This document shows, in pieces, positions 8,742 through 19,147 of a stretch of DNA of 64,000 bases. Each line of letters starts with the position of its first letter. The stretch's first letter is position 1. The position numbers and the translations under genes are program-made. The stretch is from Candidatus Woykebacteria bacterium RBG_13_40_15 (GTDB lineage: Bacteria; Patescibacteriota; Microgenomatia; Woykebacterales; RBG-16-39-9b). Location: assembly GCA_001816655.1 (NCBI GenBank), contig MHCP01000030.1:69623-133622 (forward strand), given 5' to 3'. The notes beneath the pieces were generated by a model. That model was given only the letters and a program-made list of their open reading frames with translations. It was not told where the DNA came from and did no database searches.

Positions 8742-9402
8742 TTCCTTCGATATCTTCTTTCAAAATAGATAGGGCGTTTTTTATTTTTTCTTGGTAAGTT
8801 TCTCCTTTGATATTCTCGTTTTCAAAAATGAAACTACCAGCCACTAGTATATTTGCTCCAAGCTCGGCGCAACGCCGAGCAGTTCCTGGCTCAATTCCCC
8901 CATCAATTTCGACTATAATATCTGGTCGCATGGATCGAAGTTCCGTAATCTTTCCAAGAGTCCCATGGACAAAATGCTGTCTTGAAAAACCCGGGTACAC
9001 AGCTAGCAGCAGCACTGTATCAACTTTATCTATCACATGTTGCAGGCGAGAAACTGGAGTTTCCGGGTTTATTGAAAAACCGATTTGAATATCGTGGTGG
9101 CGCATATGATGAATTAAACCAATAGGATCTCGAGCACTTTCATAAGGCACTATAATTCTAGAAGCTCGGGCTTTAACAAAAGGATCAATCCAATCTTCAA
9201 TAAAATCTACCATTAGCTGAATCTCAAGTTTTTTTAATGTTCTAAAAGAGGTGACTTCTTTATATCCAATTGTCTGGTTTCTGGCAAACTTATTATCGAC
9301 GATATCAATCTGAACCCACTCTGTTAGAGGTTCAATTGCTTTAAATTTTTTATGGTAATCGGCGACAGTTCTACTTAAAATCGCTGGGATTATTTCTGCC
9401 AT
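8719..9402 (-). CDS. rpe: ribulose-phosphate 3-epimerase
   Basis: 227 aa, AEIIPAILS..., HHMRHHD..., EIDGGI motifs of Rpe. Confidence 0.85.
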   Translation of the reverse strand: MAEIIPAILSRTVADYHKKFKAIEPLTEWVQIDIVDNKFARNQTIGYKEVTSFRTLKKLEIQLMVDFIEDWIDPFVKARASRIIVPYESARDPIGLIHHMRHHDIQIGFSINPETPVSRLQHVIDKVDTVLLLAVYPGFSRQHFVHGTLGKITELRSMRPDIIVEIDGGIEPGTARRCAELGANILVAGSFIFENENIKGETYQEKIKNALSILKEDIEGIVPVVES

Positions 9403-9869
9403 AAAGCCTCGAATTCCTCAATTTTTTTAAGGCGTCTCATGTGCCTCTCTTCAGCTGAAAACTCTGTTGAAAGCCAAGCATCAACTATTCTTTCCGCCTC
9501 CTCGAGCGATAACCCGGGAATTGGAACCAGTGTTTTTCCACCTGAGAGACAGAGTACATTTGCATCGTTACGCTCACGACTCAATTGCGCAGTTGTCGGA
9601 GTCCAAGCTGCAATTGCTCTTACCCACCTAACCTTATTAGCAGCAATACACATACCCTCCGCTGATCCGCAAAACAAAATTGCTTTTGATTTTCCTTTTG
9701 ACTCTGCTACTTTCTCGGCTGCCACAAAAGCAAAATCCGGGTAATCGTCGTCTTTATTTAATACGTGAGCACCCAAATCCTCAACCTCGTAATTATTCTC
9801 TTTAAGATGGTTCTTAATTTTTTCTTTTAACTCAAATCCTGCGTGATCGGAAGCTATATAAATTTTCAT
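9390..9869 (-). CDS. rpiB: ribose-5-phosphate isomerase B
   Basis: 159 aa, MKIYIASDHAGFELKE and LFCGSAEGM motifs of the RpiB/LacAB family. Confidence 0.85.
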   Translation of the reverse strand: MKIYIASDHAGFELKEKIKNHLKENNYEVEDLGAHVLNKDDDYPDFAFVAAEKVAESKGKSKAILFCGSAEGMCIAANKVRWVRAIAAWTPTTAQLSRERNDANVLCLSGGKTLVPIPGLSLEEAERIVDAWLSTEFSAEERHMRRLKKIEEFEALWQK

Positions 9870-9875
9870 AGAGAA

Positions 9876-10886
9876 CTAATTTTTGATTTTCTTTGCCGCC
9901 AAAATTGCCATTTCAACTAACCTATGGGAATAGCCTATTTCATTGTCATACCAAGCAAAAACTTTGGCTAAATTACCCCCTATAACCTGAGTTAGCGGCA
10001 AATCAACAATAGAACTTTCTGTTCGACCGACAATATCAGAAGAGACAATTGGATCACTGCTCACAGCCAAAATCCCTTTCAAGCGGCCGCTTTTTGACGC
10101 TTCTTCCAAAACTTTGTTTATCTCCTGCGCGGTTGTTTCCTTTTTCAACAAAAATGTGAGATCAGAAAGAGAAGCAACCGGAGTTGGAACTCTAATTGCA
10201 ATCCCATCAAATTTTCCCTTAAGATCTGGGATCACCTCTGTGGTGGCAATTGCCGCTCCTGTTGAAGTGGGGACTATATTTTCCGCTGCAGCCCTCGCCC
10301 TTCGTAAATCTTTGTGCGGAGCATCTTGCAGATTTTGATCGGCTGTGTAACTATGAATCGTATTTAGAAAAGCTTTTTCTATCCCAAATTTTTCGTTTAT
10401 TACAGAGACAGGAGGAGCAATCGAATTAGTAGTACAGGAAGCGTTGTTGATAACAGGTTCACTTCCATCGTATTTATCGTGGTTTACCCCAATTAAAAAT
10501 GTTGGAGCGTCTTTTGCTGGTGCTGAAATAATCACTCTTTTTGCTCCAGCTTTAAGATGAGCAGAAGATTTCTCTTTGTCTGCGAATCTTCCTGTACATT
10601 CAAGTACCACATCAACACCCAAGTTTTTCCAGGGGAGAAGCGATGGGTCTTTCTCAGCATAAACGTGATATTTTTTATCATCGATAATTATGTCATTTTG
10701 ATCCGAGGAAATTTTTCGATGATAAATTCCGTAAGCAGTATCGTATTTTAAAAGATGGGCAAGCGTTTTAGCATCAGTCAAATCATTGATAGCGACAATT
10801 TCAACATCATCTGCGTGATTATCTAAAGCAATTTTGAAAGCACTTCGTCCTATTCTACCAAAGCCATTTATACCGATTTTTACCAT
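9876..10886 (-). CDS. gap: glyceraldehyde-3-phosphate dehydrogenase (type I)
   Basis: MVKIGINGFGRIGR NAD-binding start and the SCTTNS catalytic-Cys motif. RBS aaaggag lies 8 nt upstream. Confidence 0.9.
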   Translation of the reverse strand: MVKIGINGFGRIGRSAFKIALDNHADDVEIVAINDLTDAKTLAHLLKYDTAYGIYHRKISSDQNDIIIDDKKYHVYAEKDPSLLPWKNLGVDVVLECTGRFADKEKSSAHLKAGAKRVIISAPAKDAPTFLIGVNHDKYDGSEPVINNASCTTNSIAPPVSVINEKFGIEKAFLNTIHSYTADQNLQDAPHKDLRRARAAAENIVPTSTGAAIATTEVIPDLKGKFDGIAIRVPTPVASLSDLTFLLKKETTAQEINKVLEEASKSGRLKGILAVSSDPIVSSDIVGRTESSIVDLPLTQVIGGNLAKVFAWYDNEIGYSHRLVEMAILAAKKIKN

Positions 10887-11016
10887 ATTATTTCTCCTTT
10901 CTCTCGCAATAATAAGGAGGAATTGAACCTGGAGACACTGGCGTAAGCTAGTCTCGAAGGTTTCAATTCAATCCTATTGATGGCAACATTAAACATAATT
11001 CCTCCTTTGTTTTTAC
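10887..11016 (-). promoter_or_regulatory. structured gap leader with an SD-mimic, an anti-SD and the true SD (candidate translational switch)
   Basis: On the mRNA strand, AAGGAGGAATT, then 79 nt containing an inner hairpin, then AATTCCTCCTT (perfect 11-bp complement), then attattgcgagag, AAAGGAG and ATG. CTCCTT can pair either with the upstream mimic or with the real RBS. Confidence 0.35.
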
Positions 11017-11061
11017 TATATACAAGAAAGCTCCGTAAAGCAACACGAAATACGTCTTAAA

Positions 11062-11070
11062 TGGTATAAT
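11062..11070 (+). promoter_or_regulatory. extended -10 element (tggtataat) upstream of the P-type ATPase gene
   Basis: TGnTATAAT match 70 nt upstream of the ATG at 11141. Confidence 0.3.
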
Positions 11071-11140
11071 CGCGAGATTACATCTCGCACTTGTTTCTCT
11101 GGCGAGATATAATTTTCATGAAGGGTAATTTCCTGCCAGT

Positions 11141-13720
11141 ATGACAATTGAAATAACCAAACCCTGGAATTTAACTATTGATCAGGTTTTCAAGGCATTA
11201 CAGACTTCAAGTAATGGTCTTTTACACCATGAAGTTATAAGACGATTAAAGAGACATGGCTTAAATGACATTGAACGAGAGTCTAGGCGAGGCGCATTAA
11301 AAATCTTTTTGAGCCAATATAAAAACCCTCTAATTTTAATTCTAATTGTTGCCAGCATTCTTAGTTTTTTCATGGGTGATCGCCTAGGATCAGTTATTAT
11401 CCTCGTAATGCTTGCTGTTAACTCTCTGATGGGATTTTTCCAGGAGTACCGTTCGGAAAAAGCAGTTGAACTTCTTCGAAGAAAGGCTAGTCTAAAAACT
11501 ACTGTTATTCGAGAAGGTGTAGAACACAGAGTTGATGCAACTGACCTTGTACCTGGAGACATCGTTAAAGTTTTTCAGGGTAGTGTCATTCCAGCCGATT
11601 TACGACTTATTGAAGCAAAAAACTTATCAATCGACGAGTCAATGCTTACAGGTGAGTCAGAACCAGCTGAGAAAAGTAGCAATTTAATTAAAGTAAACCA
11701 GGAAATTCCGCAAGAATTGGAAAATATAGCCTTCATGGGTACAAATGTTGAAACTGGAAATGGGCTTGGGGTTGTTTTTGCCACTGCGGGAAATACCGAG
11801 TTTGGAAAGACAGCTCTTGCTCTTAAAGCAGCTGAGCCAGAAACAGAATTCCAAACCGGAACAAGGAAATTTGGAAATTTTCTTGTTATTGTCATTTTGT
11901 CCCTCGTAGTTTTCATATTTCTGGCAATGGTTTTTATCAAACCAGTATTTCTCGGGATTCCAGCTAATGTACTGGAAGCACTTCTTTTCTCGCTGGCTCT
12001 AGCAATTGGAATCACACCTGAGCTTTTACCAATTATTATTACCATCAATCTTTCTCAAGGTGCCATGATGATGTCCAAAAAGCACGTGATTGTAAAAAAG
12101 CTGATGGCAATAGAGGATATAGGTAACGCAGACGTATTATGTACCGATAAAACGGGTACTATTACAGAAGGAAAGATTTTTTTGGAAGACTACGTTAATT
12201 ACAATGGTTTGCAAGAACCAAAACTGCTACTTTATGGCCTACTTAGTAACACAGAGGTAGATCAGCCAGCAATCACTCACCCCCTTGAAACCGCCCTAGA
12301 CAGATTTACCCAAATGAGAAAGGAAATAACAGATGAAGCCAACTCGTTTAAAAAAATTGATACTCTGCCATTTGACTTCGAAAGAAAGCTCAACACCGTT
12401 CTAGCTAAAAATAAAGAAGGCTATTTTGTAATTTCAAAGGGGGCAACTGAAAAAATCTTAAAAACCTGTTCATCAATTTACATTGAAAAGAACCGGACGC
12501 TTTTGCTGGAAGGTTATCGAAAAATTTTACGAGAAAAATTTATTCAGCTAAGTAGTAGTGGTTTAAGAATACTGGCAGTCGCCTCGAAAAAAATTAAAGC
12601 AAAAAATAAACTCGCAAAGTCTGATGAGAAAAATCTCACATTTGAAGGTTTTCTTGTTTTCTCAGACCGACCGAAACACACAGCTCCTGAAACAATTAAA
12701 GACTTGGAGAATCTCGGTGTGCAAGTAAAAATATTAACTGGTGATAACGAATATGTCACAAAGCATATTTGCGATCAAGTAGGGATTGAAGTTAAAAACA
12801 TAATCACTGGGGAGTCGATCGATGTACTAACGGATAGTGAGTTTGCTGAGACAGTAGCTGAAGCAACTATTTTTGCAAAAGTCACTCCAGAGCATAAACT
12901 TCGGATTATTCAGGCTATAAAACAAGCTGGGCATACAGTTGCTTTTATGGGAGATGGCGCAAACGATGCCCCAGCTCTCAAAGCTGCTGATGTTGGTATC
13001 TCAGTTGACACTGCGCTTGATATCGCAAAAGAAGCGGCTGATATTATATTACTCCGAAAAGGCCTCGACGTGTTAATAGAAGCAGTAAAGGATGGGCGGA
13101 GGACTTTTGGTAATTCAATGAAATACATTTTCACAACTTCTAGCGCCAACTTCGGAAATATGATTAGTCTTGCTGGAGCTTCTATGTTTATCCGCTTTAT
13201 CCCACTTTTACCCGCTCAGGTAATATTACTAAACATTTTAAGCGATCTACCTTCTCTAGCAATTTCCACCGACAATGTAGACTCAGAGTATCTGAAAAAA
13301 CCAAAGCATTGGGATATCCATGAGATTAGTAGATTTATGGTTCCATTTGGCCTTATTAGCTCGATTTTCGATGTTACAACTTTTTTCCTTCTGTTTTACG
13401 CTATTAGTCATTTGGCCAACCATGAAAGTCTTTTCAGAACTGGGTGGTTTATCGAATCCCTACTTACTGAAATATTTGTGATTTATCTTATTAGAACAAG
13501 AAGGGCATTTTGGAATAGTCGTCCAAGCAGCGTGTTACTTATCGCAGGCCTATTATCATTTTTTGTCGGGGCAGCTTTCATCTATACTCCAATTTCTCAA
13601 ATATTCCAATTTGTCGCCCCGCCTGTGAATATCTTAATGATTATCGGATTAATCTTGGTAGCCTACCTCTGCCTCACCGAATTCGCAAAAAGGATTTACT
13701 ACAAAAAAGTCAGCATTTAA
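11141..13720 (+). CDS. P-type cation-transporting ATPase, MgtA-like (Mg2+ transporter family)
   Basis: 859 aa. DKTGTIT phosphorylation site, GDGANDAPALKAADVGISV hinge, TPELLP (PEMLP-like) in TM4, ten predicted TM segments. Confidence 0.8.
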   Translation: MTIEITKPWNLTIDQVFKALQTSSNGLLHHEVIRRLKRHGLNDIERESRRGALKIFLSQYKNPLILILIVASILSFFMGDRLGSVIILVMLAVNSLMGFFQEYRSEKAVELLRRKASLKTTVIREGVEHRVDATDLVPGDIVKVFQGSVIPADLRLIEAKNLSIDESMLTGESEPAEKSSNLIKVNQEIPQELENIAFMGTNVETGNGLGVVFATAGNTEFGKTALALKAAEPETEFQTGTRKFGNFLVIVILSLVVFIFLAMVFIKPVFLGIPANVLEALLFSLALAIGITPELLPIIITINLSQGAMMMSKKHVIVKKLMAIEDIGNADVLCTDKTGTITEGKIFLEDYVNYNGLQEPKLLLYGLLSNTEVDQPAITHPLETALDRFTQMRKEITDEANSFKKIDTLPFDFERKLNTVLAKNKEGYFVISKGATEKILKTCSSIYIEKNRTLLLEGYRKILREKFIQLSSSGLRILAVASKKIKAKNKLAKSDEKNLTFEGFLVFSDRPKHTAPETIKDLENLGVQVKILTGDNEYVTKHICDQVGIEVKNIITGESIDVLTDSEFAETVAEATIFAKVTPEHKLRIIQAIKQAGHTVAFMGDGANDAPALKAADVGISVDTALDIAKEAADIILLRKGLDVLIEAVKDGRRTFGNSMKYIFTTSSANFGNMISLAGASMFIRFIPLLPAQVILLNILSDLPSLAISTDNVDSEYLKKPKHWDIHEISRFMVPFGLISSIFDVTTFFLLFYAISHLANHESLFRTGWFIESLLTEIFVIYLIRTRRAFWNSRPSSVLLIAGLLSFFVGAAFIYTPISQIFQFVAPPVNILMIIGLILVAYLCLTEFAKRIYYKKVSI

Positions 13721-13789
13721 ATAAGGTTTGCCGAAGAAAGGCTAAGGGCGGCCTGGAAAAGGTCGCCCTTGCATAGACGTTCGCTGGAA

Positions 13790-14224
13790 CTACGACGGGA
13801 CTACCAGTAGCTGACGTGTTCGTTCGTTAGTGACGAGCCAGCTAGCCATCTCCTTTATGGCAGCTCTCTCCTGTTCACCTACTCGACTTTCATAATACCT
13901 TAGAGATTCCTCTCTAGCAGTATCGATCACGCGCATGCGGCTACTACCAGCTCGGTGTATCGTCTCAACGATACCCAACAAGATCCAGGTAAGAAACCCG
14001 CTGACCTGCTGGCAGTAAGGAAAGGCTGGGGACCGTTCGACAAAACTGAAGCCCTCAAACAGACCCGAGTATTCGTTCTCGAATTGCTCACGAAGCAGTC
14101 TTATCGCTTCCGCCCATTTCCCATCATTTAGCGTGAGATCAAGGCCTTTTGGGAGACAGAACAGAAGCATGGACAGGAATTGAAGACTCCCAATCCTGTT
14201 TCCAGTTGTGGGTGCTGTAGTCAT
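13790..14224 (-). CDS. hypothetical protein on a GC-rich islet
   Basis: 144-aa ORF. Local GC clearly above the flanks. Upstream tggtataat and RBS ggaaggaaggtg. Confidence 0.45.
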   Translation of the reverse strand: MTTAPTTGNRIGSLQFLSMLLFCLPKGLDLTLNDGKWAEAIRLLREQFENEYSGLFEGFSFVERSPAFPYCQQVSGFLTWILLGIVETIHRAGSSRMRVIDTAREESLRYYESRVGEQERAAIKEMASWLVTNERTRQLLVVPS

Positions 14225-14392
14225 CTGCTCACCTTCCTTCCGTCAGTAATACCCAACCAACGCGCTAATTATACCATAGGGTATGATTAAAGAAGAGATT
14301 ACACGTCTTGTAAAAGAATTATGGGTGTAGAAAATTTTAGTTTTCGATTTTCCCGTTGGGGGGATTTATTTCAACGGATTAGAGTAAGGGGA

Positions 14393-14959
14393 TTATTTAT
14401 TGTTAATCTCTTTTTGTCTATCATTTAATTCTCTCTCAAATATTTCTTTAGCTGTCTTTGTATAAAAAGTATTTTTGCTGCGAAATTCCCAAATTTCTCT
14501 CGGAGTTGAGCCATAAGATTTTACATCGCTGTAAAAAGATTCTTTGTATGTGTCTGATAAAGTATCGGCATCAATTAGAATTTGCTTTTCTTTCTCCTTT
14601 GGTTCTGTAAATTTGTGAGCAACAACTATGTCAACTATCCTCTCTATTTTGTCTTTGTCGTAATTTACTTTGGTAAGGAGCTCTCTAATAATTTTTGGGG
14701 CTTTTTGGATATGCTCTTGAAGGGCCTTGTTCTTTCTTTCTTCATCCTTCGCAAGTTGAAGCTTTTCCGAAACTTCTGACCAACCAACATCATGTAAAAT
14801 CGCGGCTGGGATTAAGAAGGTAGTGTCTCCTCCCTCACCAGCAATAATCTCCCTCATCGCCTTTTCCACCATTTTCGTGTGAATCAAAAAATCTTTTCTC
14901 TTTGCTTTAAAAAGAAGTGGCTCGACAAGTTTCCAAATTTCTTGATAGCTTTCTTCCAT
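14393..14959 (-). CDS. HD-domain phosphohydrolase
   Basis: 188 aa with the AAILHDVGW HD motif. Confidence 0.65.
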   Translation of the reverse strand: MEESYQEIWKLVEPLLFKAKRKDFLIHTKMVEKAMREIIAGEGGDTTFLIPAAILHDVGWSEVSEKLQLAKDEERKNKALQEHIQKAPKIIRELLTKVNYDKDKIERIVDIVVAHKFTEPKEKEKQILIDADTLSDTYKESFYSDVKSYGSTPREIWEFRSKNTFYTKTAKEIFERELNDRQKEINNK

Positions 14960-14962
14960 AAA

Positions 14963-15640
14963 CTAACTTTCGATTTTTCCGTCGCGGAGTTTAATGATTC
15001 GGCGGCAAGTCTTAGCAATTTCGGGATTGTGAGTAACAAGCACAAACGTCTGATTTTCCTTTTTATTTAGATCTTTTAAGAGAGTGATAATTTCCATTGA
15101 AGTTTGGGTATCGAGTTCGCCAGTTGGTTCATCAGCTAAAATAATTGCCGGTTTATTTACTAGGGCGCGGGCAACCGCTACTCTTTGCTGTTCTCCACCG
15201 GAAAGTTCGTTTGGTTTGTGATTTAGTCTTTTTCCAAGACCAACGTCAGTTAAAATTTCGGTTGCTTCCTTTTTGGCATTATTTTTTCTACCTGAATATT
15301 CAACCGCGAGCATTACGTTTTCCAAAGCCGTCAGAGTCGGGATAAGATTGTACCCTTGAAAAATAAAACCAATTTTTCTTCCGCGGATTTTATAAAGTCC
15401 AGAGATTTTTTCCTTGGAAATTTCTTCCCTATCAAGCCACACCTGTCCTTTTGTTGCAGTATCCAGCGCCCCCATTATATGCATCAGGGTGCTTTTTCCA
15501 GAACCTGATGGACCAATAATTGCTGTGAATTCCCCCTTTTTTATTTGCAGATTTATTCCTTGCAAAGCGCGTACAACATTTTCTTTGCTAAGATCGTAAT
15601 ATTTATGCAGTTCTTTTACTTCCAAAATTACTTCGTCCAT
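14963..15640 (-). CDS. ABC transporter ATP-binding protein (MacB/LolD-like)
   Basis: Walker [10 protein letters not shown], signature [15 protein letters not shown], Walker B ILADEPTG. Confidence 0.85.
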   Translation of the reverse strand: MDEVILEVKELHKYYDLSKENVVRALQGINLQIKKGEFTAIIGPSGSGKSTLMHIMGALDTATKGQVWLDREEISKEKISGLYKIRGRKIGFIFQGYNLIPTLTALENVMLAVEYSGRKNNAKKEATEILTDVGLGKRLNHKPNELSGGEQQRVAVARALVNKPAIILADEPTGELDTQTSMEIITLLKDLNKKENQTFVLVTHNPEIAKTCRRIIKLRDGKIES

Positions 15641-16813
15641 TTATTCACTCCTCAAAGCTTGAATTGGATTCAAGCGTGATGCGTACCAAGCAGGGTAAAG
15701 ACCGGCAAACGCACCAAGGAAAGTTGAAAACGCCACCGACCCAATTGCTAGTCTTGGTGTAGTCAAAAATATAATTTGGCCACTAGAAGCCGTAATTGCA
15801 TTAATAATTCGAACAGTTCCCCAGCCTAAAAGAAGGCCCATTAATCCTCCAAGTAGTCCCATTACTGCTGCTTCAAGAACAAACTCTCTTAAAATTCTAA
15901 AATTTGAAGCACCGATTGCTTTTTTGATACCGATTTCGCGAATCCTCTCAGTTACCGACATAATCATTGTATTAATAATAGAGAAACTACCAACGATTAA
16001 AGCGATAAGACCAACAGCGTAAATAATTAAATTGAAAATAGCTACTGAACTGGCAATTTGTTTTTTAAATTCATCTGGAGCTAGCGCTTTTACATCTTTC
16101 ACCTTTTCATTGATCTGCTTTGTTATCTCATTTGGATCGAAACCATCTTTAACCAAGACAGAAATAGAAGTAGCTATATCTTCTTTTTTTACAGACGACC
16201 TGAAAGCGGCTGGCAGTGTATTTAAATAAAGTTCTTGCGCATCCGGGAGATTTATTGAGATTGAATTGTCTGGGGCTGAAAAAGTTTTATCATAAACGCC
16301 TACAACCTCAAAGTCTTTCCCCTTCAGTTTAATTGTGCCCCCGACCTTTGCATTTAATTTTTTAGGCATATCCGAACCTAAAACAGCCTTTCTGATATCA
16401 TTTTTTTGAATATCTCTGCCAGTAGCAATCGTCAACATAGCCGCCGATGGGTCGTCCTTCATCTGATCTGGGTCATAACCTCCAATCGAATCGGGCACAC
16501 CAAAACTTACCCCACTTATATCGTCTTCTTTCAACATTTCGACGCTTGCGTAAGCGTTTTTCACACCTTCAATTTTTTTAATTTCGTCTATTTTTGAAAT
16601 TGAGAGAGGAGTTCCGCCAAAAAAAGACATCCCACTTTTTGCATCTTGGACCGTGATTCTTGTTCCATAATACTCAAGACCGCCTTGAACCAACTTGTTT
16701 AGTTTTTCAGCAAGAGACCCCATTACTACCAAGGCGAAGATACCAATAGCAATACCAAATATCGTCAAAGCACCGCGGATTTTTCGCCTAAAAATGTTTC
16801 GGATTATTTTCAT
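15641..16813 (-). CDS. ABC transporter permease, FtsX/MacB-type
   Basis: 390 aa. N-terminal TM, large periplasmic domain and a C-terminal 3-TM FtsX-like region. Contiguous with the ATPase gene. Confidence 0.75.
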   Translation of the reverse strand: MKIIRNIFRRKIRGALTIFGIAIGIFALVVMGSLAEKLNKLVQGGLEYYGTRITVQDAKSGMSFFGGTPLSISKIDEIKKIEGVKNAYASVEMLKEDDISGVSFGVPDSIGGYDPDQMKDDPSAAMLTIATGRDIQKNDIRKAVLGSDMPKKLNAKVGGTIKLKGKDFEVVGVYDKTFSAPDNSISINLPDAQELYLNTLPAAFRSSVKKEDIATSISVLVKDGFDPNEITKQINEKVKDVKALAPDEFKKQIASSVAIFNLIIYAVGLIALIVGSFSIINTMIMSVTERIREIGIKKAIGASNFRILREFVLEAAVMGLLGGLMGLLLGWGTVRIINAITASSGQIIFLTTPRLAIGSVAFSTFLGAFAGLYPAWYASRLNPIQALRSE

Positions 16814-16886
16814 GAGAATTAATTGTAACTAAAGTAGTGAATACTTACAAGGCTACATTGTCTTTTTAATTGGGCTAAGTAAGAAA

Positions 16887-17822
16887 TTACTGATAAGTGT
16901 CTTTCAAGATTTCACTCGGTTTATTTGGGTTGCGATAACCTCCGACAGTTGGATCATAAGAACTCAACGGTAATATAAAACTCTGCCCGGTTGATGGCGA
17001 AACTAAGTCGCTTTCCTGACCCATAATAGCATCGGAAAATTCATGCGAGGTTTTTTCTTGAGATTTGCTTCGATACTCCCAAGCTTCCATCAGAGGAGAT
17101 GAATCATTAGATAAATCAGCGGCTGTCGGCAAGCGTACCTTATCAATTCCACCAGCTTTCGAGGGATTAATAATTGTGATTGACTGAGCTACTCTCTCCA
17201 AAGTTGGTGCCCACTTACTCCATTTATCAGGTGTTGTCTGAAACGCAATTATCATTCCCATAAATTGCCCATAGCCATTTAAAACACCGGCGCTGGCTTT
17301 TGCTTTCAGGGTCTTCCCGTTTTTCTGAAACGTGAAAGTTTTAGTTTTCATTTTCCAAGTCAGGTTATTACATGGATCTTTAACCGATTCTTCGGCTGAT
17401 TCATTTTCCACCTTCATATTCGTACCGCCAACAGCCTGAACCATAAAACTAATAAAACCATCGGGAGTCTGGTAACCGTACCAACCAACCGCAACCGCTC
17501 CTGTTGCTCCAGTGTTGTTATCGGCCGGATCCATAATATCGATACCGCTTTCATTATCCGTAATAGACCAGCCCTTTGGGACTTTGGCACCAAAAACTTG
17601 TCCCTTGTAGGCAACTAATATGTAGGCAAACGATTGCGAGGATTGGGATTTTGATTGATTAGTTTGTTGGGGTTGCTCTTTGCTGGAGTTTTGGGTGGAA
17701 TTTGTGGGCTTTTTATTTATCTCTAAATAGTACAAGCCTGAACCTGATACAATTAAAACCACGGTAATTACGATGAACAAAAGTACTAATCGTTTTTTGG
17801 TTAGGCTTTTGCTTAGGTGCAT
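16887..17822 (-). CDS. membrane-anchored extracytoplasmic protein, unknown function
   Basis: 311 aa, a single N-terminal TM, then a Q/S/N-rich linker. Confidence 0.5.
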   Translation of the reverse strand: MHLSKSLTKKRLVLLFIVITVVLIVSGSGLYYLEINKKPTNSTQNSSKEQPQQTNQSKSQSSQSFAYILVAYKGQVFGAKVPKGWSITDNESGIDIMDPADNNTGATGAVAVGWYGYQTPDGFISFMVQAVGGTNMKVENESAEESVKDPCNNLTWKMKTKTFTFQKNGKTLKAKASAGVLNGYGQFMGMIIAFQTTPDKWSKWAPTLERVAQSITIINPSKAGGIDKVRLPTAADLSNDSSPLMEAWEYRSKSQEKTSHEFSDAIMGQESDLVSPSTGQSFILPLSSYDPTVGGYRNPNKPSEILKDTYQ

Positions 17823-17859
17823 CTATTTATAGTTTACAATAAATACATTTTGTTTTCAG

Positions 17860-18573
17860 TCAATCTCCCATCCTTTTTTGGACTGGTTCACTTTGAAGTT
17901 CGCGAAGGGCATCGGATGCAATCCATTTTGCAGACCTCGAATCCATCTTAGAAATTTCTTTCGCAACTTCGATTGCTTTTTTGTTTAAATTCTTGTTTCT
18001 TTTTCCAATTTGCCGAAGGGCCCAATTAACTGCTTTTTTAACATAATTTCGCTCATCGACTGCCTCTCTTTTTATTAAAGGAAAAAATCTTTCGAAGTCA
18101 GAATCTTTTAAATCTTTGTTATGAACTGAAAGACAAGCCATCAGTGTAAAGGCTGTTCTTTTTTCAAATTCAGCTTCTTTTTTAGCTAGCTCAAAAACTT
18201 TTTTATAAGCAAAGGGTGTTTTATCAAGGAGATTACTACAAACTTGGTCGCAGATATCCCAGGAATTAAAATCGGCTACCCAAGAATCAAATTGCTCTTC
18301 TGTTACTTTTTCCGGCTCATCAACTTGGCTTGCCAAATGCCTCGCTTCGTGGATTCCGCTGTCCCAAAGTCTCAGCGCTAACTCATGGTTTTTCGGAATC
18401 CCCTTTGCAATATCGCGCAAAGTATAGATTGAAATTCCAAGAGCCGCCTTTGTATTTATCCCAAACCTAGCCATTCCTTCCCTATTTTTTTGATTCGAAA
18501 GCGATTCTAACTTTAAAATAATTTCTTTATAATTCACTCTATCTCCTGATTTTATTAATAAATTAATCTTCAA
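17860..18573 (-). CDS. DNA alkylation repair enzyme (AlkC/AlkD-like HEAT-repeat glycosylase family)
   Basis: 237 aa. FNSWDICDQ motif and all-helical repeat composition typical of the family. Confidence 0.6.
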   Translation of the reverse strand: MKINLLIKSGDRVNYKEIILKLESLSNQKNREGMARFGINTKAALGISIYTLRDIAKGIPKNHELALRLWDSGIHEARHLASQVDEPEKVTEEQFDSWVADFNSWDICDQVCSNLLDKTPFAYKKVFELAKKEAEFEKRTAFTLMACLSVHNKDLKDSDFERFFPLIKREAVDERNYVKKAVNWALRQIGKRNKNLNKKAIEVAKEISKMDSRSAKWIASDALRELQSEPVQKRMGD

Positions 18574-19147
18574 AATTTAGTCTTCTTTGAATTTTCTGTA
18601 TAGTAAAACCAAGAAATTTAAGCTGTCTATCGAACTTACTAACAACATATATAACTGCTACTCCCAATAAAGCACCGGCTAGAACGTCGCTTGGGTAGTG
18701 AACTCCCGCATAAACCCTTGAAAAAGCGTAAAAACCGGCGAGAAAGAGTGCGGCGCTACCGATTTTCTTATTTGCAAAAAATATTGCCGTTGCAAGAGCG
18801 AAACCAACAGTAGCTGCATTACTTGGAAAGGAGGGATCCGTAGGCTTGTAAAAAAGTAGGTTAGTTGATAGCTCTCCAAAGGGCCGTACTCTAACAAAAA
18901 AATGGTTGCTCAAGGCTATTATTAAGCTTAGCACACCAATAGAAATACTTGCTGAAACAACCATTCTTTGACTCCTCTCTTTTACATTACTTGGTCTAAA
19001 CCAGAGATAAAGAAGGATCAAAGCAAGCGTTACAGGGACAAAATACTCATTCACTACCAATTTAACAAGATCGTCAAAAACCGGAAATTTGCCAACAAAG
19101 CTGTTGATAAATAAAAAAAGGTTTTTATCTAAACTGAGTAGATTCAT
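18563..19147 (-). CDS. PAP2-family phosphatase (undecaprenyl-diphosphatase/phosphatidate phosphatase-like)
   Basis: 194 aa membrane protein with the PAP2 motifs KPTDPSFPS and SRVYAGVHYPSDV. Confidence 0.75.
   Translation of the reverse strand: MNLLSLDKNLFLFINSFVGKFPVFDDLVKLVVNEYFVPVTLALILLYLWFRPSNVKERSQRMVVSASISIGVLSLIIALSNHFFVRVRPFGELSTNLLFYKPTDPSFPSNAATVGFALATAIFFANKKIGSAALFLAGFYAFSRVYAGVHYPSDVLAGALLGVAVIYVVSKFDRQLKFLGFTIQKIQRRLNFED

Noticed and set aside
10887-11140. Possible Mg2+ (M-box) riboswitch ahead of the MgtA-like ATPase
   Set aside because: The long hairpin lies upstream of the best -10 element for the ATPase, so it is probably not in that mRNA. It fits better as the leader of the divergent gap gene. 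I could not recognise M-box conserved motifs by eye.
11182-13149. Several 70-157-aa minus-strand ORFs inside the P-type ATPase gene, and similar antisense ORFs inside the histidine kinases, gltX, recJ and comM
   Set aside because: All are embedded antisense in genes with strong motif support and are typical shadow ORFs.
13744-13770. Hairpin AAGGGCG-n13-CGCCCTT after the ATPase stop
   Set aside because: There is no U-tract on either strand. It may be a weak bidirectional terminator, but the evidence is insufficient to call it.
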